Positions 16,364 to 25,881 are shown, counted from the stretch's first letter. The stretch: DNA of 31,856 nt from Pyrinomonadaceae bacterium (GCA_040003545.1 JBDUCF010000001.1:1-31856), one strand, 5' to 3'. Made by a program: numbers and translations. The notes: generated from the letters alone by a model not told the origin.

Positions 16364-18268
16364 TCATCTAATTCTCATCGCGATTTGATTCGGCGGCGGA
16401 GCTTCGGGCCGCGTCTTCTTGTAGTAAACGTCGTAAACAGCACGCACCGAGGGAGCGCCGAAACGGGAACCGAGCCCGGCGTTCTCGATCAATGCGACGC
16501 AGGAGATCTCCGGCTTGAAGGCGGGTGCGTACGAGACAAACCACGAATGGTCCTTGTTCGCTCCCACGTCCTTGCCGAGGCTAACTACCTGTGCCGTTCC
16601 TGTCTTGCCCGCAATTTCGAAGCCGGCCATCTTTATGCCTGCCGCGGTGCCTGCCTCATTGACCACTGACCACATGCCTTTGACGACGAGATCGTTCTGG
16701 TCTTTAGGTATGGAAAGGATTTTTGGCTCAGGATGCTCGAACGCTCTGGCCGGCCGGGCGGGGCGGTAATCGGGAGTACCCGGTTCTCCAACCGCGGCGA
16801 TCGCTCGGATCTCTTTCATGACATGCGGCACATACATCTTGCCGCCCATACCTATGGCTGAGTGGGCCCGCAACAACGCAATCGGAGTCAGCACGTCTTC
16901 ACCCTGGCCGAAAGAAGAGTAGACCGTATCGATGTCTTTCCATTCCGGATCGGTGGGATAGAGTTTTGCCTTCAACTCGCGTGATGGAGTCATGCTGATG
17001 ATTTCATGTGGCAGATCGATGCCGGTGCGTTTGTTGAGATCGAACTCCTCCACCATCTCCTGGATGCCTTCGAGTTTCATCTTTAGGCCGAGACGATAGA
17101 AGTAACCGTCGCAGGATTTCATGATCGCGAAATGCACGTCGGGGGTGCCATGGTTGCCACCCATGCAGCGGGTGAACTTGTTGCCGATCGTGATGCCGCC
17201 GCCGCAGACCAGGTTTGAATGGTCGATTGTGATCGCGCCCTGCTGTAGCCCGGCTGTGGCCATCAAAGGCTTCCAGGTTGAGCCGGGCGGGTAGCGACCC
17301 TGGATGGCGCGATTGAGAAGCGGCTTTTTCGGATCAGCGAGCAATTTGGCATACTCGGCGCGTCCCTCTTTGCTGCCGATCCGTTGCGAAAAGAGATTGG
17401 GATCGAAGGTGGGATATGAGGCCATGGTCAGGACCTCGCCATTGTTTGGATCCATGGCGATAATCACACCGCGGCCCTGCGGTGACACCCGTAACTGATC
17501 CTCGGCCGTCTCTTGCAAATCGATGTCGATGGTGGTGACCATGTCCTGGCCAGGTTGCGGCTCTATTCTCTCGACTTCTCTTTGAATATGACCACCGCTA
17601 TCCACGATAACCTTGCGATAGCCGTCCTTGCCGCGAAGGTAGTCGTCGTACGCCTTTTCCAAACCGTCCTGGCCGATTACGTCGCCAGGTTTGTAGCCTT
17701 TATTCTTATTTTGCGGCAGCTCCAGTTGTTCCGGACTGACTTCGCCAACGTAGCCGAGCACGTGGGCCAGCATCCCGTTGTCAGGATAACGGCGCTGCGG
17801 CTGCTGCTCGATCCGCAGTTCAGGAAACTCAAGCTGGTGAGCATCTACCCACGCGATATCGTCCAGCGTGGCGCCCTCTTTGATCGTAATGGATTCGAAT
17901 GCCGGTTGAGATTTAATCTGATCAAATCGCTCGCGTAGGATGTCTCCATCAATGACGAGCGCTTCCGATAGCGGCTTGATCAGCTGATTCAGATCTTTTC
18001 CCTTGGTGTCTTCGCGCGAGAGAATGACGCTATAGATAGGACGTGAATCGACTAACTGGCGGCCATTACGATCTAAAATTGCTCCTCTGGGCGCCGGAAT
18101 CGGCAGCAGTCGCACGCGCTGATTTTCAGCGATTTCCGCGTAATGGCGGCCGTTAATAATCTGCAGGACATAGAGCCTGACCGCCAGCACGGCAAGCAGT
18201 AACAGCACAACGGCCTGGACCATTCGTAGCCGCATGCGCACGTTTTGTGAGTAGTCCTCAAATTTCAT
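16364..18268 (-). CDS. mrdA: Penicillin-binding protein 2 (class B transpeptidase)
   Basis: N-terminal TM, APRGAILDRNG, YPPGSTWK (SxxK), SCD, KTGTAQ, DHSWF. Confidence 0.95.
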   Translation of the reverse strand: MKFEDYSQNVRMRLRMVQAVVLLLLAVLAVRLYVLQIINGRHYAEIAENQRVRLLPIPAPRGAILDRNGRQLVDSRPIYSVILSREDTKGKDLNQLIKPLSEALVIDGDILRERFDQIKSQPAFESITIKEGATLDDIAWVDAHQLEFPELRIEQQPQRRYPDNGMLAHVLGYVGEVSPEQLELPQNKNKGYKPGDVIGQDGLEKAYDDYLRGKDGYRKVIVDSGGHIQREVERIEPQPGQDMVTTIDIDLQETAEDQLRVSPQGRGVIIAMDPNNGEVLTMASYPTFDPNLFSQRIGSKEGRAEYAKLLADPKKPLLNRAIQGRYPPGSTWKPLMATAGLQQGAITIDHSNLVCGGGITIGNKFTRCMGGNHGTPDVHFAIMKSCDGYFYRLGLKMKLEGIQEMVEEFDLNKRTGIDLPHEIISMTPSRELKAKLYPTDPEWKDIDTVYSSFGQGEDVLTPIALLRAHSAIGMGGKMYVPHVMKEIRAIAAVGEPGTPDYRPARPARAFEHPEPKILSIPKDQNDLVVKGMWSVVNEAGTAAGIKMAGFEIAGKTGTAQVVSLGKDVGANKDHSWFVSYAPAFKPEISCVALIENAGLGSRFGAPSVRAVYDVYYKKTRPEAPPPNQIAMRIR

Positions 18269-18287
18269 AAAAGCGATTACCCAAATA

Positions 18288-18322
18288 TCAGTTGTTAGTG
18301 GTCAGTTGTTGGTTGCTCTTGG
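18288..18322. repeat. Degenerate 7-nt tandem repeat in the mreD-mrdA spacer
   Basis: TCAGTTG TTAGTGG TCAGTTG TTGGTTG CTCTTGG. Confidence 0.6.
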
Positions 18323-18366
18323 TAAAGAACCTTACTTTTCCGCGACGGTAGTGTTCCCGCGACCGT

Positions 18367-18909
18367 TCATCTTCTCTTTAACAAACTCGGCCCCCGACGA
18401 GCTACGCGGCGTCTGCCGGCGAAGTGGCGTCGTTGCTGAGCGCGTTCACTAAAGAATGCTTCGAACACGTAAAGCAATACCGTGCCTACCACAGTCGTAG
18501 CAACCAACTCGTACAAAAGTGCCTGCACAAAAGGCACAGCCAGCGACTGGCCCAACAGCCGATGCATGCCGACAAACACCGACGCATCAATCAGAGTAGC
18601 AGCCGCCAGCACCGGAATGCGCAGCAGCGTGGTATCGAGCATTACCCGGGCCGCCGCCAGATAAACAATATACGCCGTGAGGGTTTTGGAAAACCCTCCA
18701 GCGCCCAACAATCCGCCGCCCAAAGCGTCTGTTGCCAGCCCGGCTGCGGCGCCGATCACCAGAGCCTGCAAGACGTCGCGCTGCAACGCAAAATAGATTA
18801 CGAGGATAAGGGGCAGGTCTACGTAAGCAAGGGGGGGCCAGACGGCGCGCAACGACGATTGCAAAGCAATTGCGAGGGCCAACACCGCTGCTATTTTCAG
18901 TTGATGCAT
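18367..18909 (-). CDS. mreD: Rod shape-determining protein MreD
   Basis: Hydrophobic multi-TM protein (VDLPLILVIYFAL...GLATDALGGGLLG) between mreC and mrdA. The ATG at 18909 is preferred; the upstream extension is repeat-derived. Confidence 0.88.
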   Translation of the reverse strand: MHQLKIAAVLALAIALQSSLRAVWPPLAYVDLPLILVIYFALQRDVLQALVIGAAAGLATDALGGGLLGAGGFSKTLTAYIVYLAAARVMLDTTLLRIPVLAAATLIDASVFVGMHRLLGQSLAVPFVQALLYELVATTVVGTVLLYVFEAFFSERAQQRRHFAGRRRVARRGPSLLKRR

Positions 18910-18930
18910 ATCAACTACAGTAAGCAGGGG

Positions 18931-18978
18931 GGAGTGCGCAGTGAACAAATGGCAGTGGGCAGTTGGCAAATGGCCGCA
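18931..18978. repeat. Degenerate 7-nt tandem repeat in the mreC-mreD spacer
   Basis: GGAGTGC GCAGTGA ACAAATG GCAGTGG GCAGTTG GCAAATG GCCGCAA. Confidence 0.65.
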
Positions 18979-19038
18979 AACACAAGCCTCCGACAATCTC
19001 GTTCATATCTTCCTGTCAGCGAGATGTATCGCTGCTGC

Positions 19039-19932
19039 TCACTGTTTTTTCGCGTTCGGCAATGCCTGATCGGATGCGACACGCTCCGGTGGCCGGTACT
19101 GAAGCACAGCGACTTCCTTGAGTCGATCCAAACTGGCGCCGGGCCGGATATGAATCACCTGCGCCAGCGTGGCTGACCCAGGTTTTACTTCCACTACTTC
19201 GCCTACGTTGTAGCCGGCAGGGAAAACACCATCCTGACCAGTCGTCGTGACGTAATCACCGGCGGTAACTTTCTCTAAACCAGAAACGTAGCGCATCTCC
19301 AGCAAGCCGCTTTCGCCGAGGCCCTTGATTGAGCCCAATGCGCTTGATTGCCCAAGCTGACCGACGATAGCTCCGAGCCCGGACTTTTCATTCGTAATCA
19401 GCATCACCTGGGCGCTCCACACGCTGGTGGAAACGACTCGGCCGACGATGCCGCTCGAATTAACCACCGGCATATTGTTCTCGACGCCGGCGGATCTGCC
19501 GCGATCGATGGTGATGGTGTCGAACCAGAGGGAAGGATCGCGCGCGATCACGGTTGCCACAATAGTTCCGTAGCTGCTCTTCTCTCTCAGCCCCAGCAGA
19601 CTTCGCAGCCGCTCGTTTTCCATGGCCTGGGTACGCGAGTCCCGCACTTCTGTCTCCAGCAGGGCCAGTCGGTTCTTCAATTGCTCGTTTTCGCTGGCGG
19701 CGCTGCGCAAGCTGCCAATGCGCTGGAAGAAGCCGACACCGGCGCCACCTGCCCCGGAGGTTGCGCGCTGTACGGGATAAGCAATCGCCTGGGCCCACAC
19801 GCGAATCATTCTCTGCTTGGTTGAATCTTCACGCGCGTCATAAGACATCAAAGCGAAATTGGCAAACAACAGTCCCGCCAGCCACCATGGGGCCCGTTGG
19901 CGAATCTCTTTTTGAGTGCGAATCGTGGCCAT
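19039..19932 (-). CDS. mreC: Rod shape-determining protein MreC
   Basis: TM plus coiled coil (ENEQLKNRL...ENERLRSLL), ITIDRGRSAGV, GIVGRV, TTGQDGVFPAG. Start set at the ATG at 19932. Confidence 0.93.
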   Translation of the reverse strand: MATIRTQKEIRQRAPWWLAGLLFANFALMSYDAREDSTKQRMIRVWAQAIAYPVQRATSGAGGAGVGFFQRIGSLRSAASENEQLKNRLALLETEVRDSRTQAMENERLRSLLGLREKSSYGTIVATVIARDPSLWFDTITIDRGRSAGVENNMPVVNSSGIVGRVVSTSVWSAQVMLITNEKSGLGAIVGQLGQSSALGSIKGLGESGLLEMRYVSGLEKVTAGDYVTTTGQDGVFPAGYNVGEVVEVKPGSATLAQVIHIRPGASLDRLKEVAVLQYRPPERVASDQALPNAKKQ

Positions 19933-20030
19933 TACATGCCCATTGCCGATTCCCGCTTGCCAAAGTTTTAAGAGACTTTTCCGGGGATATTGCTGAACCG
20001 ATCGTGTGCAGTCGAAAATCGGCGATATTA

Positions 20031-21077
20031 CTAGGTTCCGCTGGTCAGGCTGTTGTCCCACTTGACCCGCTTCAGCAGGTTGAAGTCGGAAAGCATTTTG
20101 CCTGTTCCCAGCACTACCGACGCCAGGGGATCGTCTGCGAGCGATACAGGCAAGCCCGTTTCGATCGAGAGGCGACGATCCAGGTTCTTCAAGAGCGCGC
20201 CGCCACCCGTCAATACAATGCCGCGCTCGACAATGTCAGCCGAGAGCTCCGGTGGCGTGCGCTCCAGCGCAATGCGCACCGCGTTGATTATCGTCGAGAC
20301 CGAATCCGCAAGCGCTTCGCGCACCTCTTCGTCGGTCATGGTAATTGTTTTCGGTATACCTTCAATGAGGTTACGACCGCGAACTTCGAACGACAGCGGT
20401 TCATCCAACGGAAACGCCGAGCCAAGCTCTATCTTGATCGCCTCCGCGGTACGTTCACCGATCAACAGGTTGTACTTACGTTTGATGTATTGAGTGATCG
20501 CTTCATCCATTTCGTTTCCGGCAACGCGCACGGAACGAGAATAGACGATACCGCTCAAGCTGATAACAGCGATGTCGGTGGTGCCCCCGCCGATGTCTAC
20601 CACCATGTTGCCGTGCGGCTCAGTGATGGGAAGTCCGGCGCCGATAGCCGCGGCCATCGCTTCCTCCACGAGATAAACTTCCGAAGCTTTGGCGCGATAG
20701 GCTGAGTCCTCAACAGCGCGACGCTCGACCTGAGTTATTTCAGAAGGAATTCCGATGACGACGCGCGGGCTTACCCACGTCTTGCCGTTGTGTGCTTTGC
20801 GTATAAAGTGCTGGAGCATCTTTTCGGTCACTTCAAAGTTGGCGATAACGCCGTCTTTCATGGGCCGAATAGCAACAATGTTACCGGGCGTGCGCCCCAG
20901 CATTTCCTTGGCGTCGCGGCCCACGGCCTCTACGGCGTTGGTAACCTTGTTGATTGCTACGATCGAAGGTTCAGAGACGACGATGCCGCGGCCCTTGGCG
21001 TATACCAATGTGTTGGCGGTGCCGAGGTCGATCGCGAGATCGCTGGAGAAGAGACTGAAAATGGATTTGAAAGGCAT
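20031..21077 (-). CDS. mreB: Rod shape-determining actin homolog MreB
   Basis: [42 protein letters not shown]. Confidence 0.98.
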   Translation of the reverse strand: MPFKSIFSLFSSDLAIDLGTANTLVYAKGRGIVVSEPSIVAINKVTNAVEAVGRDAKEMLGRTPGNIVAIRPMKDGVIANFEVTEKMLQHFIRKAHNGKTWVSPRVVIGIPSEITQVERRAVEDSAYRAKASEVYLVEEAMAAAIGAGLPITEPHGNMVVDIGGGTTDIAVISLSGIVYSRSVRVAGNEMDEAITQYIKRKYNLLIGERTAEAIKIELGSAFPLDEPLSFEVRGRNLIEGIPKTITMTDEEVREALADSVSTIINAVRIALERTPPELSADIVERGIVLTGGGALLKNLDRRLSIETGLPVSLADDPLASVVLGTGKMLSDFNLLKRVKWDNSLTSGT

Positions 21078-21262
21078 CAGGATTTTCCCGCACTAAGTAG
21101 AATGAGGCGCCCGAAGAGGAGCGGTTACTGCACGCCTATTGACCGAGGTCTGAGGCGATCTTTTGCAGCGAAGCACTTCAGCGGGACCGCCGCTTTGGTG
21201 TTGCCAACTCACGCGAGCAAGCGCCAACTAACTAAGATACACTGATTGTTTGTGGGGCGCTA

Positions 21263-22858
21263 TCAGGAAATTGACTTTTTGTCTTCAATGCGAAGAATTT
21301 GTGGCGGAATGTCCGACGCGTCTTTGCGAGCAGTACGCGGAACCTCAGTACTGAAGCGAACGCAGTTCTTGTTCGCGGCTTTCGCTTCATACATCGCTGA
21401 ATCGGCGGAAGCGATTAATTGTTGTGGTGAAGAAGCGTGTTGAGGGAATATCGCCACCCCGAAGCTGGCTGTCAGCAGAAGCCGAAGTCGCCGGCCTCCA
21501 GTGAAGGCGTGGCGGGCAATCGTTTCTCGAATCCTCTCCGCAACCAGCGCCGCCTGGTCCAGTCCCGTCTCCGGCAGAATGACGACAAACTCGTCGCCAC
21601 CGTAGCGGGCCACAGAATCGGTGTCGCGCACGGAGGAGAGAATTACAGCGGCCATTTCCATCAGCACGTGCGACCCGACCAGGTGCCCGTGCCCATCGTT
21701 GATATGCTTGAAATCATCCAAATCGAAAAACAACGCCGCCACACTCGAGCCATACCTTCTGGCACGCCTGATCTCGTTCAGGAGATACTGACGCAAATAT
21801 CGGGCATTGTGCAGCTTCGTGAGATCGTCGGTTTGCGATAACCGCTCAGCCTCAGCGATGCGCGCGGAGTTCGCCAGCGCCGACCCGATCGGAACAGCCA
21901 ATCCCTCAAGTAACATTGCTTCGGACTTCTTGAAAGAGCGCGCTCCCTTATCTTCCCGGATCGCTTCGAGCACGCCGATAACTCTTTCACCGCTAATCAA
22001 AGGAAGCGCCACTACACGCCGGCCGGCTTCAGTTTTTCTGATAGTCGCCAATTGCGTGGCCGCTTCTTTTGCACTCTTCGATTCTGATCCGGGAGGAAGG
22101 ATCAAGTCATTCAGTACAGCCTGCCTCCAGTCATCGTCGGAAATCGTGGGCCGGTTCCCGGTCTGATCTCGCACTGCAAGAGGCTCGATGGTCACTGAAT
22201 CGGCGGTGCTTGATTCGGAAAGCAAATAGATGACCCACCGATCAGCCTTTACAAGATTCGATAGTCCCAGGAGGACTGCGTATGCCGCAGACCGCTGGTC
22301 ATTCGCAAAATGGAGCAGCGACACCAACTCGAATGCTGCGCGCAAATGCGCCGATGTCAGGGACGCCGGCAGAGAAAAAGAAATGGCCTCGGGAAGGTTG
22401 ACGGACTGAGGCAGTCGCAGTTCGCCGGTGGTGCCGCGCTCTTCAATTTGTCGCAGCAGGGCGGGCAATTGCGCCGCCTTGTCCGCGATAGCGCGAAAGC
22501 CGAGCCGTTGTAGAGCTGAGCCGTCAAAGACGCGAAGGTGCAGAGCGCTCCCGCCCCGAACAGGATGGCGGCAAGCAATTGCGGGGACACCTGGCCAGGT
22601 CGAGGTCGCGTGCTCAATTGCAGCATGGAGATCTGTTACGTCGGCGCCGGGGAAAACCTCGTAAAGAACGGCCAATGGCTGAGGAGTGGCAGGATCGCTG
22701 TCAGCTTCACGCTGAGGCTGCCGTGTGATGGCGGCTTCGAGTTCCGCTTCACGCAGTCCTTCGACCAGCACGGACACGCCGGCATCCTGCAGGACCTCAA
22801 TGAGTTCCAGCGCGGGCGCTTCATGCGCGTCGGTCAGCAGGATTACATGTCCAGTCAT
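21263..22858 (-). CDS. Soluble diguanylate cyclase: degenerate receiver-like N-terminus, GAF, GGDEF
   Basis: TDDLTKLHNARY, FFDLDDFKHINDGHGHLVG, RxxD I-site (RDTD) and intact GGDEF (21587-21601); GAF-like LPLISGERVIGVLEA. Confidence 0.9.
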   Translation of the reverse strand: MTGHVILLTDAHEAPALELIEVLQDAGVSVLVEGLREAELEAAITRQPQREADSDPATPQPLAVLYEVFPGADVTDLHAAIEHATSTWPGVPAIACRHPVRGGSALHLRVFDGSALQRLGFRAIADKAAQLPALLRQIEERGTTGELRLPQSVNLPEAISFSLPASLTSAHLRAAFELVSLLHFANDQRSAAYAVLLGLSNLVKADRWVIYLLSESSTADSVTIEPLAVRDQTGNRPTISDDDWRQAVLNDLILPPGSESKSAKEAATQLATIRKTEAGRRVVALPLISGERVIGVLEAIREDKGARSFKKSEAMLLEGLAVPIGSALANSARIAEAERLSQTDDLTKLHNARYLRQYLLNEIRRARRYGSSVAALFFDLDDFKHINDGHGHLVGSHVLMEMAAVILSSVRDTDSVARYGGDEFVVILPETGLDQAALVAERIRETIARHAFTGGRRLRLLLTASFGVAIFPQHASSPQQLIASADSAMYEAKAANKNCVRFSTEVPRTARKDASDIPPQILRIEDKKSIS

Positions 22859-22872
22859 GGAAATCGCTCGGC

Positions 22873-24120
22873 TTAACCCCTTCGTCCGGCTGCGGGTGCG
22901 ATCGCCAGGCGATATTGGCTGCTGTTGCCCTGCGGGTCTTGCGCTTCGACAGTCAGGCTGCGGGCCCCGGACGGCGCGGTAATCTGGAGCTGGAACGATC
23001 CGTCGCTGGTAGCGACGGTTTCACGTCCAGCAACGCGTAAGGTTGTTCCAGGCTGGGACGAGCCACGCACGAGATAGATGTCGCCACCAATGTATTCCGA
23101 AGAGAGGTTCGAGACGGAAACCGGTGAACCAGTACCGCGGGGCGCGACGATAAACTTTAGCGGCTCGCTCCAATCGCTGGCCTGGCCCGACGGCGCAGTA
23201 GCGCGAATGCGCCAGAAGTAAACGCCGGGCCGCAGGTCGCTGGCGGCGAACTCTGTCGCCGCAAGCTGATCGCGTTCAATCACGCGGCCCTCGGGAACGA
23301 AGAAGGGAGAGGTGGCAACCTCGACCCGGTAGTACGCTGCGGTACCCGATTGGGGTCGCTGCCAACGCAGCGCGATTGTTGCCGTGCCGCCGGCGGACGC
23401 CATCACTTTTTCCAGGTCGCGAGGTTCGGTAGGGTTGGGCACGTCGAGCAGGCGTTGGGGTTTTGAAATTGTGCCTGCGGTATTCACGAAAACGTATTCG
23501 CCGGCTTTCAAATCAGTGCGCTCACCGCTGCGGTTAGTGCTCTGTACTGCGCCTTGATTAACGCGAATCTCTTCGCCTTCTGAGCTGACGCCAAAACTGG
23601 CGTTTGTTTGATCGCCAATCTTATTTTTTGTTTTGGGGGTCTCAACAACATTATTGCCGCCGTCTGGTTGCTGCTCAGTGCGAACATACATCTGGCCGCT
23701 ATCGACGACGACATGCACGTTGGTAGGCTTGCCGTCTTCGGCGCCGCTATTGTCGCGGACAATGATCGTGCTATTGGGCCGCACCACCACGGTCGAGCCG
23801 TCGGCCATGCCGATGCGCGCGCGCCCGTCAGCCTGCGTCTGCACCGTGTCGCCGGGGAAGAGTTGGGTGTTGCTGGTAGCGGAAATCACTTCGCGCGTGG
23901 TGGCACGCAGGACGCGGACATCCCCTTCGAAAGAGATAAACCGGGCCCCGGTCAGATTCGCTACGGCGCCGACTTTTTTGAGCGGATTGCCGTATTTCCA
24001 CACGTATACGGCAGCGCCCGCCGCCACGACACAAAGTGCGAGCACTAAGATCATGACGTAGACGAACCGCTTCTGAATCACCCACCAATCAAGGGGGTAG
24101 CGAGGGGATCTGGTAACCAT
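22873..24120 (-). CDS. Single-pass membrane protein with FecR-like, fibronectin-III-like and Ig-like periplasmic domains
   Basis: TM near the N-terminus, then LFPGDTVQTQADGRARIGMADGSTVVVRPNS (FecR-like), LRWQ...YYRVEVA...LRPGVYFWRIRA (Fn3-like) and a C-terminal beta-sandwich. Confidence 0.75.
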   Translation of the reverse strand: MVTRSPRYPLDWWVIQKRFVYVMILVLALCVVAAGAAVYVWKYGNPLKKVGAVANLTGARFISFEGDVRVLRATTREVISATSNTQLFPGDTVQTQADGRARIGMADGSTVVVRPNSTIIVRDNSGAEDGKPTNVHVVVDSGQMYVRTEQQPDGGNNVVETPKTKNKIGDQTNASFGVSSEGEEIRVNQGAVQSTNRSGERTDLKAGEYVFVNTAGTISKPQRLLDVPNPTEPRDLEKVMASAGGTATIALRWQRPQSGTAAYYRVEVATSPFFVPEGRVIERDQLAATEFAASDLRPGVYFWRIRATAPSGQASDWSEPLKFIVAPRGTGSPVSVSNLSSEYIGGDIYLVRGSSQPGTTLRVAGRETVATSDGSFQLQITAPSGARSLTVEAQDPQGNSSQYRLAIAPAAGRRG

Positions 24121-24391
24121 TTGGTGGAAATTACTTTACGAGACGACTGAGTGACTTAAAGAGTCTTCGAGTCTTTCAAAAGGTGAGTCTTACCAGGCAA
24201 GGGCGACTACTGCCACAAAGAATCTAACACAGCGGAGAACGATGGTTCAAGAATAAGCTGTTCTTTCTTTAACGGTCGTTGGAAAAGGGGCTAAATTAGC
24301 GGAACGGGAAGCAAACAACGGGGTTTGAGACCCCTCCGTGGCCAGCAACTCGCGCGAACCAATGCTTCATCTCAACAGAGTGGCAGTCCCC

Positions 24392-24457
24392 GATTTCGGA
24401 AATCCAACGTCCTTGCGGTTTCAGTAAGGGATCTTAAAGGAGCAATAGTCTGAAACC
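24392..24457. repeat. Two inverted repeats in the divergent intergenic region
   Basis: GATTTC-G-GAAATC (24392-24404) and GGTTTCAG-25 nt-CTGAAACC (24417-24457). Confidence 0.5.
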
Positions 24458-24504
24458 TGGCCGCGGGTTCAGCGTGTACTCTGTGGGCCTCAGCTTGGCT
24501 GGCG

Positions 24505-24532
24505 GCTGACGAGCAAATACGCATGTTATACT
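24505..24532 (+). promoter_or_regulatory. Candidate extended -10 promoter of the secretion/pilus operon
   Basis: TG-T-TATACT at 24524-24532, with a CTGAC-containing -35-like element upstream, about 115 nt before the ATG at 24646. Confidence 0.45.
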
Positions 24533-24645
24533 CGACGTTCTATTTCGCTGTTGTTTCCCTGGATCAATGAAATAAGTAACCGGTGCTTGTACGCTTTGCG
24601 ACCATTCGAAGGCGAAAGTCAGGGAGCCTGCAAGCGCGTTGATTT

Positions 24646-25881
24646 ATGGCTGAGTTTATCTGTCGATTAGGAACTCCCGCGGGCGAGGTGATCACGCGCA
24701 CGGTGGAGGCGGTGGGTATTACCGAAGCGCGGGCCCGACTGGAGCGCGAAGGCTTCAGGGTCTTCAATGTTGCGCCGCCTAAAGCTATCGGTGTTGCCGC
24801 TTTCACGCGCATGGGACGCGCTGGCGGGCAAGCCCGCGTCAAAGCCAACGACTTCCTCTTATTCAATCAACAACTCGCGGCCCTTATTCGCGCTGGTATT
24901 CCGATACTGCAGGCGATTTCGATGCTGAGTAAGCGAGCGACTTCGCCGCGAGTCCGCGCAGTGCTGGGCGATGTCGAAGACGCAATTCGCGGCGGCTCCG
25001 CGCTATCGGCGGCATTTGCGGCGCAGGGCTCGATCTTTCCGCGCATCTATACCGCTTCGATACTGGCGGGTGAGCGCTCGGGCGCGCTCGACGAAGTACT
25101 GACGCGCTACGTTACGTACATGCGTCGCAACGTCGGACTGCGTCGGCGGATTCGCGGGGCACTGGCCTACCCCACGTTTCTCCTGCTGGCCTCCGCGGCC
25201 ATGGTGACGTTCCTGACAGTTTACGTGGTGCCGCGCATGTCGGACTTGTTTACCGGGTTTGGTAATGACCTGCCGACCGTAACAAAGCTGGTAGTGGGGC
25301 TCTCGGGTTGGCTTTCTTCGAATGTGTTTTGGTTTGCGCCGCTTGTAATCATCACCGTCGTCGCGACTTTCTTTTGGTCACGCACACCGCCCGGAAGGCT
25401 GGCGGTCGATCGCTGGATGCTGAAGGTACCCCTGGCGGGAAAACTTCTGGTGCAACTGTCGGTGGCCCAGGCGGCGCGTTCGCTCGCGACTTTGCTGGCT
25501 GGTGGCATCACTCTGGTCGAGTCCTGGGAGATTGCGGCCGAGTCAGTAACAAACCTTGAGTTGCGCCGGCGCAGTTCAGCCATCCTGCCGATGATTCGTG
25601 AAGGCCAGTCCTTTACAGAAAGTCTGGAGTCGGCCGGGTGGGTGCCCGACCTGGCAGTTGATATGATAGGCATTGGCGAACGGTCCGGCAGCTTGCGGGA
25701 GATGCTGGATGAAGTGGCGATCTTTTATGACGCGGAAGCAGAGGTAAAGCTGGAGCAGTTGACGACCACGCTGGAGCCTGCGATCCTAGTCGTGATGGGA
25801 GGAGTCGTAATTACTGTGTTACTTGCGATATACCTCCCCATCATTCAGTCGATTTCCGGAGGGCCCATGATGGGACGCTAG
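24646..25881 (+). CDS. Type II secretion system F / PilC-family inner-membrane platform protein
   Basis: FNQQLAALIRAGIPILQAI, AGERSGALDEVL, ALAYP, IGERSGSLREML, LEPAIL...AIYLPI. Confidence 0.95.
   Translation: MAEFICRLGTPAGEVITRTVEAVGITEARARLEREGFRVFNVAPPKAIGVAAFTRMGRAGGQARVKANDFLLFNQQLAALIRAGIPILQAISMLSKRATSPRVRAVLGDVEDAIRGGSALSAAFAAQGSIFPRIYTASILAGERSGALDEVLTRYVTYMRRNVGLRRRIRGALAYPTFLLLASAAMVTFLTVYVVPRMSDLFTGFGNDLPTVTKLVVGLSGWLSSNVFWFAPLVIITVVATFFWSRTPPGRLAVDRWMLKVPLAGKLLVQLSVAQAARSLATLLAGGITLVESWEIAAESVTNLELRRRSSAILPMIREGQSFTESLESAGWVPDLAVDMIGIGERSGSLREMLDEVAIFYDAEAEVKLEQLTTTLEPAILVVMGGVVITVLLAIYLPIIQSISGGPMMGR

Noticed and set aside
18910-18996. N-terminal extension of MreD given by the ORF track (similar extensions for mreC, mqnA and the secretin)
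   Set aside because: The extensions are repeat-derived or overlap neighbouring genes; downstream ATGs match the expected protein starts better.
19761-20705. Long antisense ORFs (this 314-aa one, also 18424-19176, 10776-11315 and 12226-12846)
   Set aside because: They lie opposite well-supported genes and have no family motifs; typical shadow ORFs in GC-rich DNA.
24320-24344. tRNA-like 3' end (GGGGTTTGAGACCCCTCCGTGGCCA)
   Set aside because: The loop is not the TTCRA consensus, and no matching 5' acceptor strand, D-arm or anticodon arm lies at tRNA spacing.
24339-24353. Possible sigma54 -24/-12 site (TGGCCAGCAACTCGC)
   Set aside because: GG-N10-GC spacing fits, but the match to TGGCACG-N4-TTGC is poor and such hits are common in GC-rich DNA.
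24286-24360. Loose resemblance to cyclic-dinucleotide riboswitch segments
   Set aside because: The core conserved elements of c-di-GMP-I/II and c-di-AMP aptamers could not be aligned; an Infernal scan would be needed.
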